This document shows positions 25,670 to 33,488 of a stretch of DNA of 64,000 nucleotides, one piece after another. Source of the stretch: an uncultured Gemmatimonadota bacterium (GTDB lineage Bacteria; Gemmatimonadota; Gemmatimonadetes; Palauibacterales; Palauibacteraceae); the NCBI GenBank assembly GCA_964607465.1, contig CAZSKS010000001.1:44420-108419 (forward strand), written 5' to 3'. A program made the translations under genes and the position numbers. Below the pieces are notes generated by a model. The model did not search any database, was not told where the DNA came from, and was given only the letters and a program-made list of their open reading frames with translations. Every line of letters starts with the position of its first letter. Within the stretch, counting starts at the first letter, position 1.

Positions 25670-27847
25670 TCATCCGCCGAAGCCGCGCCGGACCACGATC
25701 CGGAACGACCGCGGGGTCACCGGGGTCATGAAACGGTCCAGCTCTTCGGTGAGGCCGTTCTCGTTGAAGGTGCCGAAAGTGGCCGCGTCCGAGTCGAACA
25801 CGTTGCTGACGATCCCCTGGACGGTCCAGTCGCCGAAATCGTAGGCCAGCCGGGCGTCGGACAGGAAGTAGGAGTCCAGCGGGTCGGTCTCGTTCGCCTC
25901 GTCCCCCCGCATCCACTGCTCGCCGAAGAACCGGGCGTCGACGCCCGCCGTGAACCCGTCGAGGAAGTGGAGCCTGCCGCCCGCCTTGAGCTGATGGGAG
26001 GGGACCAGCGGGAGCTCGTCCCCCGCCTGGACGTCGTTGGGACCGGCCAGGGGATGGCCGTCGAACTCCTCGTCGGCCCGGATGCTGAACAGCTCGGGGG
26101 CATCCGACTGGAAGGTGGCGTGCGTGTAGGCGTAGTTGAGGTACATGCTGCCGCGGTCGCCGACGAGGGTCTGCATCGACAGCTCGACCCCCTCCCTCCG
26201 GGTGTCCTCCAGGTTGGCGAAGAAGCCCTCCACCAGGCTCTCCTCCGACGCGATGAAGAAGATCTCGTTCTCCACGTCCGTGGTGTAGAGGGAGGCGGTG
26301 AGGACCGCCGGACCCGCGGCCCACTGTCCCCCGACCTCGTAGGTGGTGGCCTTCACGGGATCCAGGGGCGGATCGTCCCCCAGCGCGAAGGGAAGCGGGC
26401 AGGCGTCCTCGGGATCGGCGCACGCCAGCTCGAGGATCGCCGGGGCCCGGAAGCTGGTGCCCACCGACGCGTAGGCCGACGCGCCGCGTCCGAGATCGAC
26501 GCTGATCCCGCCCCTGGGGCTCAGCTCCCGGAAGGTGCTGGTCGTGTCGGCCGTCGGATCCAGCCGGTTCTCGAAGGGGACGCGGACGTGGTCGTACCGC
26601 GCGCCGCCCGACAGGATGACGCGTCCCAGCTCGACGTCGACCAGGCCGTAAGCGGCCAGGTCCAGGCTGGGGCTCCCCACGTCCGTCGTGAGGTTCGACT
26701 CGTCCGTGCCCCGCGGCTCCTCGAAGATCCGGATGTCCGACCAGCTGGCCGTGCCGTCCACGCCGAACCGGACCCTGAGCGGGAGCTCCCCGATCCGCGC
26801 CGGATGACGGAGGTCCGCCGTGCCCCCGACCGAGTGGTTCGTGGTGAGCTGGCGGACGTCCGCCTCGGGGGGCTGGTTGACGTTGAAGCGCTCGGCCTCG
26901 GATCGCCGGTAGTAGAGCGTGCCCGAGCCGCGGCCCTCGCCGACGGGCACGTACCCGGTGCCGGAGAGCTGCTGGAGGTTCAGGTCCTCGAAGTCACCGG
27001 CCGTGAAGTTCACCTCCGGATCCATCCGGAAGATGCTCAGCGGCAGGGACCCGGCGGTCTCGGCCCGGGACGTCGAGGCCAGGCCCTGGAACGCGATGCC
27101 CCGCTCCGGACCCCGGTGGTCGACGTTGACGAACCCGTTGTAGCCCTCGGCGGAGGTGGCCTCGCGCCAGCCGTCCATCCGCTCGTATCCGCCGGCCGCG
27201 TAGTAAGACCAGCCGTCCACGGCGCCGCTGATCGCCCCCTCCGCGGACGCTGTGCCGTGGGAGCCCCCCGTCACCTCGAGCTCCCCCTCCGTGGCCCGAT
27301 CGCCCCGCTCGGTGATGAGGTTGATGGCGCCCCCGAGGGAGTTGGGCCCCAGCAGGGATGCCGTCCCCCTCAGCACCTCCACCCGCTCCACGTGCTCCAG
27401 GGGGAGGAGGTCGAAGTTCACCTCCTGGGCGTCGGGCTCGTTCTGCCGGATGCCGTCCAGGAACACCGTGATCCCCGGTGGGAGCCCCACCGTCGGTCCC
27501 ACGTTGAAGCCCCTGGCGCTCACGTTGATCTTGAAGGGGGAACCGAGGTCGTCATAGGAGGAGATCCCCGGCTCCCGGACGAGGGCGTCCGAGAGGAGCG
27601 CGGGCTCCCACGCCTCGATCTCCTCCCCCTCGATGGTCGTCACGCGGGCGGGGACGCCCGAGCGGACGTCCGGCCGGGCGGTGGGGACCACGGAGGTGAC
27701 CACCTCCAGCGGTTCGATCTCCACCACCGTGGTGTCCGACGGCACGGTGTCGGCCTGCTGCGCCGCCGCCCCGGCGGGCAGCGCCCCGGCCAGCAGGCAG
27801 CACGCGACGAGCGCGAGCGAGCAGCGGATCGTATACGACGTCGACAT
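25670..27847 (-). CDS. TonB-dependent receptor (TBDR-1)
   Basis: Signal peptide, then a plug region (ARVTTIEGEEIEAWEP...LVREPGISSYD..., VFLDGIRQNEPDAQEVNFDLLPLEHVERVEVLRGTASLLGPNSLGGAINLIT) and a long barrel. No N-terminal signalling extension is seen. SD is GGAAGGAG. Confidence 0.9.
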   Translation of the reverse strand: MSTSYTIRCSLALVACCLLAGALPAGAAAQQADTVPSDTTVVEIEPLEVVTSVVPTARPDVRSGVPARVTTIEGEEIEAWEPALLSDALVREPGISSYDDLGSPFKINVSARGFNVGPTVGLPPGITVFLDGIRQNEPDAQEVNFDLLPLEHVERVEVLRGTASLLGPNSLGGAINLITERGDRATEGELEVTGGSHGTASAEGAISGAVDGWSYYAAGGYERMDGWREATSAEGYNGFVNVDHRGPERGIAFQGLASTSRAETAGSLPLSIFRMDPEVNFTAGDFEDLNLQQLSGTGYVPVGEGRGSGTLYYRRSEAERFNVNQPPEADVRQLTTNHSVGGTADLRHPARIGELPLRVRFGVDGTASWSDIRIFEEPRGTDESNLTTDVGSPSLDLAAYGLVDVELGRVILSGGARYDHVRVPFENRLDPTADTTSTFRELSPRGGISVDLGRGASAYASVGTSFRAPAILELACADPEDACPLPFALGDDPPLDPVKATTYEVGGQWAAGPAVLTASLYTTDVENEIFFIASEESLVEGFFANLEDTRREGVELSMQTLVGDRGSMYLNYAYTHATFQSDAPELFSIRADEEFDGHPLAGPNDVQAGDELPLVPSHQLKAGGRLHFLDGFTAGVDARFFGEQWMRGDEANETDPLDSYFLSDARLAYDFGDWTVQGIVSNVFDSDAATFGTFNENGLTEELDRFMTPVTPRSFRIVVRRGFGG

Positions 27848-27882
27848 CCCGGGCTCCTTCCTGGTTCGTTGGCATCGTCTCG

Positions 27883-28857
27883 TCATCGGTTCGCCCCGTC
27901 CTCCCGGTCCTCCTCCAGGGGGGTGGTGCGGATGGCCCGCAGCCGGTCGCCGGGACTCAGCCGACCGTCCCCCGTCTCGTCCTCGTAGAGCACCGCCAGG
28001 GCCACGCGCTCCCCGTCGCCCGCCAGCACGAAGATCCCGTCGTCGGCGCGGGGACCGCCGTCCAGGTCGGCGCAGCAGCGATCCAGCTGGCGGACGCCGT
28101 GCGACGACCCGTTCGGAGCCCGCGGCGCGGGCTCGCCGTCCACGACCGTCCGGAGCAGATCGCCCTCGGAGAAGCTCCCCGTCCCGTCCCGGTCCTCGTA
28201 GATCCAGAAGCTGACGACGGCCTCGCCCTGCCCCGCCACGACGCGCACGCCGTCGTCGGCGGGCCCCCCGCCGTCGTAGTCCAGGCAGCAGAAGTCCCGG
28301 AGCACCGCCGGTCCCCGCGCCGAGGCGAAGCGGGCCGCCCCCGGGACGGGGCTCCGGCAGGCGAGCCGATCTCCCTCTCGGCCGCAGCGCAGCCCGCGAC
28401 CCTCCGTCTCCCCGAGCCCCGACACGCCGGTTCCCAGCGCCAGCACCCGTGCGTCCGGCCCCCACCGGAGGGCGAACCGCTGCTCCGTCTCCGCCTGCGG
28501 CCCCGCTTCCGGCGCCGCCGTCCGGGCGGGCGCCGCCCCGTCGCCCCCACCCCCGGGGCCGGCCCGCGCCAGGAGCCCGACGGCCGCGATCAGGACGAGC
28601 ACGGCGGCGGCGCGGACGGCGTCCCGCGGGGCCGCCCGACGGCGGAACCACGAGCGCCGATCCCCGGCCCGGGTTCCGGCCTCCCGGTCCTCTCGGGGCA
28701 GGGCCTCCAGCACCTCGGCCTCGAGCCCCGACCGGGGGGGATCGAAGCGGGCTCGACGGAGCCGCTCATCGATTTCGCGCAGCTCCGGAGGGAGCCCACC
28801 CTCGGGCCCCTCCGACGTCCCGTCGCCGCCGTCTCCCGGCCGTCCGTCCTCGGTCAT
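27883..28857 (-). CDS. membrane-anchored anti-sigma factor candidate with duplicated periplasmic CC/EF-hand-like module
   Basis: It lies downstream of the ECF sigma gene on the same strand. It has an acidic cytoplasmic N-terminus, one TM helix (AVRAAAVLVLIAAVGLLA) and a periplasmic region containing two copies of a roughly 57-aa module. The start is ATG 28857 (SD GAGG) or GTG 28902. Confidence 0.6.
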   Translation of the reverse strand: MTEDGRPGDGGDGTSEGPEGGLPPELREIDERLRRARFDPPRSGLEAEVLEALPREDREAGTRAGDRRSWFRRRAAPRDAVRAAAVLVLIAAVGLLARAGPGGGGDGAAPARTAAPEAGPQAETEQRFALRWGPDARVLALGTGVSGLGETEGRGLRCGREGDRLACRSPVPGAARFASARGPAVLRDFCCLDYDGGGPADDGVRVVAGQGEAVVSFWIYEDRDGTGSFSEGDLLRTVVDGEPAPRAPNGSSHGVRQLDRCCADLDGGPRADDGIFVLAGDGERVALAVLYEDETGDGRLSPGDRLRAIRTTPLEEDREDGANR

Positions 28858-29000
28858 GGATGCCTCGTCGCGGGCATGAGCCTCTACCGGCGTGTCCCTC
28901 ACCTTCTCACCCCGACATTCGCCCGCGGCGAGGGGATCGTTACACGGACGTGGAAAACCGTCGGGAGAGGGGAGGATCCGGCGAGGGGGGAGATCCCGCG

Positions 29001-29056
29001 GGAAGAGGAAGGTGTGAAAGGGGGAGAGGGAGGAAGGGGAAGGGAGTGGAACAGGG
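29001..29056. repeat. homopurine/homopyrimidine tract between the sigma and anti-sigma genes
   Basis: The plus strand GGAAGAGGAAGGTGTGAAAGGGGGAGAGGGAGGAAGGGGAAGGGAGTGGAACAGGG has 4 pyrimidines in 56 nt by my count. The flanking 28963-29000 is also purine-biased. The transcript strand is therefore CU-rich with repeated CCUCC/CUCCC. Confidence 0.85.
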
Positions 29057-29078
29057 CCGCGAAAAGCGGTCCCGGGCC

Positions 29079-29699
29079 CTAGCTGCCCTCCAGCTCCTCC
29101 CGCAGGGCCCGCAGGACGCGGTGGAGGCGCGTCCGCACGGCAGCCGGCGAGGTCTCCAGGAGGCGGGCGATCCTCCGGCTGGACAGCCCGGCCCCGTAGG
29201 CCAGGGCCACCAGGTCGCGGTCGGCCCGGGGGAGCTCCCAGACGGCCTCCAGGAGCCGTCGGCGCCGCTCCTCCCGGAGGGCCTCGTCCTCCGGGCTCGG
29301 TCCGGGCGCCGCCAGACCCTCCAGGTCCGTCGGGTCCAGGGCCTCCGGGTCCCGTGCCCTCCTCCGACGCTCGCGGCGCAGCACGTTCCGCGCGATGCCG
29401 AGCAGCCACGACTCCACGCTCCCCCGCTCCGGATCATAGTCGTCGCTGGAGCGCCACGCCTCGAGGAACACGTCCGACACCACGGCTTCGGCGGACGCCC
29501 GGTCGCCCGACCGCCACCGCGCGTAGCGGTACACCCGATCCGCGTGGCGACGATACCAGAAGCGGATCGTCTCGACGGAAGGATCCCCCCCGGGGTGCGA
29601 CCCGCCCGGATCCGCCCGGGAGGGGGACGACGCGGAACCCTCGCCGCGTCCCGGAGCGGGCTCCGGGCCCTGGCCGGGCCGGCGGCCGGAGTGGTTCAC
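29079..29699 (-). CDS. ECF (sigma-70 family group IV) sigma factor
   Basis: Region 2 (RFWYRRHADRVYRYARWRSGDRASAEAVVSDVFLEAW...ESWLLGIARNV) and region 4 (LPRADRDLVALAYGAGLSSRRIARLLETSPAAVRTRLHRV). No start codon is available between V23 (GTG 29699) and region 2, so the N-terminus carries a low-complexity extension. Confidence 0.85.
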   Translation of the reverse strand: MNHSGRRPGQGPEPAPGRGEGSASSPSRADPGGSHPGGDPSVETIRFWYRRHADRVYRYARWRSGDRASAEAVVSDVFLEAWRSSDDYDPERGSVESWLLGIARNVLRRERRRRARDPEALDPTDLEGLAAPGPSPEDEALREERRRRLLEAVWELPRADRDLVALAYGAGLSSRRIARLLETSPAAVRTRLHRVLRALREELEGS

Positions 29700-29721
29700 G
29701 CGGCGCGCGGGACCGGGGCCC

Positions 29722-30300
29722 TCATCCCGTGGGCAGGAGCCAGCGATGCAGCGCGGCGACCGCACGGGGGAGGATGACGTCGCGCTGGCCCTTCAGCTCG
29801 ATGGCCTCCTGGCCCACGACCTTCCCCGAGGCCACGTCCTCGTGCTCCACCACGAGGTACCAGATCAGGTTGCTCACCTTGATGACTCGACCCCTGAAGA
29901 CGTGCTCCACGCCGGCGGAGCGCGCGGCCTCCCGGGCGCAGGCTCCGCTGTCGCAGCCGGTGCTTCCGGACCGGACCCGGGACCGGGCTTCTTCGAACTG
30001 CTCCATCGTCACCAGCGTGAACCGCCCGTCGTCCTGAAGGCGCTCCCGGAGCATGCGGGCCGCGTCGATGGCCACCCGGGTGATCTCCTCCCCCTCCTCG
30101 TCCGGGTTGACGCTCTTGTCCAGGGTCTGGAAGTCCAGCACCAGCACCTTCTGTCGATCGGCCGGATCGGGGGACCCGTCCGTCGATGCCGGAGCCTGCT
30201 GACCCGTGGCCGGGACCGGCACGGACGCCAGGGTCAGGAGGATGCCTACGGAGAAGACGGCCTGGGGGATCGAACGCACGGCGAACCGGGAGAGCTTCAT
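29722..30300 (-). CDS. secreted protein of unknown function (DUF3280/DUF2380-like by memory)
   Basis: Signal peptide MKLSRFAVRSIPQAVFSVGILLTLASVPVPATGQQ, then VLVLDFQTLDKS..., GCDSGACAREAARSAGVEHVFRGRVIKVSNLIWYLVVEHEDVASGKVV. It is the first gene of the sigma/anti-sigma/TBDR-1 string. Confidence 0.6.
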   Translation of the reverse strand: MKLSRFAVRSIPQAVFSVGILLTLASVPVPATGQQAPASTDGSPDPADRQKVLVLDFQTLDKSVNPDEEGEEITRVAIDAARMLRERLQDDGRFTLVTMEQFEEARSRVRSGSTGCDSGACAREAARSAGVEHVFRGRVIKVSNLIWYLVVEHEDVASGKVVGQEAIELKGQRDVILPRAVAALHRWLLPTG

Positions 30301-30369
30301 CTCGATGACCTCCTGTGAGCCACGTCCTCCGTCGGTGACGGCGCTTCGTTCGCGACCGGGACGTGGCGC

Positions 30370-30398
30370 TTGGCTTTTAGCTACGGGTATTATAAAAT
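30370..30398 (+). promoter_or_regulatory. candidate promoter for TBDR-2 inside an AT-rich patch (TTGGCT-17-TAAAAT); a TATAAT on the opposite strand overlaps it
   Basis: TTGGCT at 30370-30375, a 17-nt spacer, then TAAAAT at 30393-30398. The minus strand reads TATAAT at 30394-30389, facing the secreted-protein/sigma operon. Confidence 0.35.
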
Positions 30399-30494
30399 TC
30401 GTTGGTGGGGGACGGCCAGCCGTCCTCCGCGCGGCGGAGTCGCCCTGTGTCGCACAGCCAGCTTTCGAACACGACGAGAGCAGGAGAACGGAAA

Positions 30495-32669
30495 GTGCTT
30501 CGACCCCACCGAGCCTTCCATCGTCGACAGGTATCTACCCTTCCCGACCGCGATGGGTTCGGGAGCCCGGTCCGCACCGTTGCCACGGCCCTGGTGGCGG
30601 TGGTGACGGCGGCGCTCGCCGGGGCCTGGGTCGCCCCCCTGGAGGCCCAGCAGGAGGACCTCCCGGCGGCCGACACCGTCACGCTGGAGGAGCTGACGGT
30701 GACGGTGACCCGGGTCGAGACGGAGATCCAGCGGGCCCCGGAGACGGTCTCGGTGCTGGGCGCGGAGACCGTGACGCAGGGGGAGCGGGGGGTCTCCCTG
30801 GAGGAGGCGCTCCGCCACGTGCCGGGCGTCTACGTCCAGAACCGGAGGAACTTCTCCCTCGGCGACCGGGTGACCGTGCGGGGCGTGGGAGCCAGGGCCC
30901 AGTTCGGCGTCCGCGGGGTCCAGATCCTCATGGACGGGATCCCGCTCACCATGCCCGACGGCCAGGCCGTCGTCGATCCCGTGGACCTGAACGCGGTGGG
31001 ACGCGTGGAGATCATCCGGGGTCCGGCCTCCACCCTGTACGGCAACGCGGCCGGGGGGGTCATCAGCTATCAGACCCGGGATCCGTGGCGCGGATCGTTC
31101 CGGACCGAGCCCGACGTGAGCTTCGGGAGCCATGGCTACCAGAAGTCCGTGATCGGAGCCTCGGGCACCTCGGGCGATCTCGGATGGCGGCTCTCGGCCC
31201 AGCGTATGGAGACCGACGGCTTCCGGCGGAACGCCGGAGCGGAGGTCTATCACGGCAACCTGGTCACCGACGTCGGGCTCTCCGAGGACACCCGGCTGAC
31301 CGGCATCGTGAACGTCTTCCACACCCCCTTCGCGGAGAATCCGAGCGGGCTTACGCGCAATGACGCCATCGAGAATCCCACGATGGCCCGTGACCTCATC
31401 GTTCAGATGGGGGCCGGCCAGGAGACCACCCACGGACAGGGGGGGCTCGCCCTGGACCACCGCTTCAGCGAGGACCACCGGATGAAGCTCGCCGGCTGGA
31501 TGACGCTGCGGGACATCCGAAACCCCATCCCCTTCCGCATCATCGACCTGGACAGGACCGCGGGCGGCGTCCGCTCCCAGTACGAGGGAAGCACCCGCAT
31601 GGGCGACGTTCCGGTCCGGTGGGCGACGGGCGTGGACGTCGGAATCCAGAGCGACGACCGAAGGGAGTTCGTGAACGAGCAGATCGGGTCGGGCGACCGG
31701 GCCCGGGCCGGTGACCTGCTGCTGGACCAGCGGGAGCGGGTGACGAGCTTCGGCCCCTTCGCGCGGATCGACCTGGATCTCCTGCCACGATGGCGTCTCA
31801 CGCTGGGGGGACGCTACGATCGCTTCGAGTTCGACATCGAGGACCGCTTTCTCGAGGACGGGGACGACTCCGGCGACCGCACGCTGGAGGAGTTCAGCCC
31901 CATGGTCGGGCTGACCTATTCCCCCCATTCGGCCCTGAGCATCTACGGCAACTACGCGACCTCCTTCGAGACCCCCACCGCCAGCGAGTTCTCCAACCGG
32001 CCGGACGGCAGCGGCGGGCTCAACCCCGAGCTCGGCGCCGCGGACACCGACAGCTACGAGCTCGGCGTGAAGGGGTGGTCCGAAGAGGCGGGCATCCAGT
32101 ACGGGCTCGCCGTCTACACGGCCGACGTGAGCGGCGCCCTGGTCCCCTTCTCCGATCCCACGGAGCAGATCTTCTTCCGCAACGCCGGCGAGATCTCCCG
32201 TACGGGCGTCGAGACCAGCCTGGCTTGGAGGCCGACGTCCTCCCTCCAGTGGCGGCTCTCCCATACGTACCAGGACTCCGAGTTCGAGGAGTTCACGCCG
32301 GAGGGCGAGGACTTCAGCGGGAACCGCGAGCCCGGCGTGCCCGAGCATCAGCTCACCGCGGGGGTCAGCTACACGGCGCCCTTCGGGCTCACCTCGGAGG
32401 CGGACGTCCGTTGGGTGGACGCCTATCCCGTGAACGACGCCAACACCGCCTCCAACTGGGCCCACAGGATCGTGGACTTCCGCTTCTCCATGGACCGGCC
32501 GATCGACCTGGGGAGGACCGGCCTGCACCCCTTCCTGGGGATCGACAACGTCTTCGACGAGCGCTACAACGCCGGGGTGACCCCCAACGCGTTCGGGGGT
32601 CGGTTCTACGAGCCCGCTCCCGGCACCACGGTGTACGGCGGCCTGTCGGTCTCCCTCTCCTACCGCTGA
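30495..32669 (+). CDS. TonB-dependent receptor (TBDR-2)
   Basis: Signal peptide (...VATALVAVVTAALAGAWVAPLEAQQ) and plug (VTVTRVETEIQRAPETVSVL..., QILMDGIPLTMPDGQAVVDPVDLNAVGRVEIIRGPASTLYGNAAGGVISYQT). GTG 30495 with an upstream GGAGAA was chosen; the ORF opens at 30402. Confidence 0.88.
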   Translation: MLRPHRAFHRRQVSTLPDRDGFGSPVRTVATALVAVVTAALAGAWVAPLEAQQEDLPAADTVTLEELTVTVTRVETEIQRAPETVSVLGAETVTQGERGVSLEEALRHVPGVYVQNRRNFSLGDRVTVRGVGARAQFGVRGVQILMDGIPLTMPDGQAVVDPVDLNAVGRVEIIRGPASTLYGNAAGGVISYQTRDPWRGSFRTEPDVSFGSHGYQKSVIGASGTSGDLGWRLSAQRMETDGFRRNAGAEVYHGNLVTDVGLSEDTRLTGIVNVFHTPFAENPSGLTRNDAIENPTMARDLIVQMGAGQETTHGQGGLALDHRFSEDHRMKLAGWMTLRDIRNPIPFRIIDLDRTAGGVRSQYEGSTRMGDVPVRWATGVDVGIQSDDRREFVNEQIGSGDRARAGDLLLDQRERVTSFGPFARIDLDLLPRWRLTLGGRYDRFEFDIEDRFLEDGDDSGDRTLEEFSPMVGLTYSPHSALSIYGNYATSFETPTASEFSNRPDGSGGLNPELGAADTDSYELGVKGWSEEAGIQYGLAVYTADVSGALVPFSDPTEQIFFRNAGEISRTGVETSLAWRPTSSLQWRLSHTYQDSEFEEFTPEGEDFSGNREPGVPEHQLTAGVSYTAPFGLTSEADVRWVDAYPVNDANTASNWAHRIVDFRFSMDRPIDLGRTGLHPFLGIDNVFDERYNAGVTPNAFGGRFYEPAPGTTVYGGLSVSLSYR

Positions 32670-32902
32670 CGCGGAGGCTACGAGACGACGGACGTCGAAG
32701 ACTGTCCTGCGTCCCTCCTGGGTTCCGGCCTCCGGCATGCACGGTTGGTCGTGGCGGCCCACCCCGTCCCGGCCCCGGGCCCAGGGGGGACCATCTTTCG
32801 CCGGCCCGACGCCGCATCCATCTTAGGGGGCGGCGTTCGGCGTCGGTCGCATGGTTCGCCTCCGGTCGGGGGCGGACCCCGATGGGAAGCCGCGGATCCA
32901 TA

Positions 32903-32930
32903 GCCTGAACTGGGATCGCCTGAACTGGGG
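32903..32930 (+). repeat. tandem direct repeat GCCTGAACTGGG x2 (15-nt period) just upstream of doxX
   Basis: Identical 12-mers at 32903-32914 and 32918-32929. The second copy abuts the putative SD (GGGGAGA) of the ATG at 32940. Confidence 0.6.
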
Positions 32931-32939
32931 AGACGGTCG

Positions 32940-33482
32940 ATGGCTTCTGGCCAGGCAGGTACATCAGGAATGCGTCACCCGGAGCGGTGGCTGGCCGCGC
33001 TGCGGATCGGCGTCGGCCTGTGGTTCCTGAAGGGGATCCTCACCAAGGTCAGCTTCACCCTGGCGGGCGGCTTCGTACCGTTCCTGGAGGCGAACGTCCG
33101 GTGGACCCGGGTGATGCCCATCATCGTGAACAACTTCGCCTCCGAGCACCCGGTGGAGTGGTACGGCGCCTTCCTGGTGGACACGGTCGTCGCCAACCCG
33201 GAGCTCTTCGCCAATCTGACGGCGCTGGGGGAGACCGCGGTGGGCGTGGGGCTGTTGCTGGGGATCGCTACGCGGCCGGTGGCCCTCCTCGGGCTCTTCA
33301 TCATGGCCAACTACGGCCTGGCCAACTACTGGACCGGCTTCTCCCAGCAGGGATTCCACGCCCTGCTGGTCCTCAGCATGCTGGCCTTCGCCGTGGCCGG
33401 CGCCGGCCGCGTCTGGGGCGTGGACGGCTGGCTGCGGGACCGTTATCCGGACAGCTGGTTCAGCCGCAGCTTCCTGGGCTGA
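32940..33482 (+). CDS. DoxX-family membrane protein
   Basis: WLAALRIGVGLWFLKGILTK..., ALGETAVGVGLLLGIATRPVALLGLFIMANY show the DoxX/DoxD pattern. An alternative start is M11 (32970). Confidence 0.78.
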   Translation: MASGQAGTSGMRHPERWLAALRIGVGLWFLKGILTKVSFTLAGGFVPFLEANVRWTRVMPIIVNNFASEHPVEWYGAFLVDTVVANPELFANLTALGETAVGVGLLLGIATRPVALLGLFIMANYGLANYWTGFSQQGFHALLVLSMLAFAVAGAGRVWGVDGWLRDRYPDSWFSRSFLG

Positions 33483-33488
33483 CGCTTC

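Noticed and set aside
29001-29056. GA-rich tract read on the plus strand as a cluster of Shine-Dalgarno sites or a plus-strand small gene start.
   Set aside because: No plus-strand ORF with coding character follows, since that region is antisense to the sigma gene. The tract is more sensibly interpreted on the transcript (minus) strand.
28940-29437. 165-aa minus-strand ORF (and the 5' extension of ORF 27883-29409) running through the pyrimidine tract, giving Pro/Leu/Ser-rich peptides.
   Set aside because: It overlaps the 3' end of the well-supported ECF sigma gene in another frame and has low-complexity composition dictated by the CU tract. There is no plausible start or SD.
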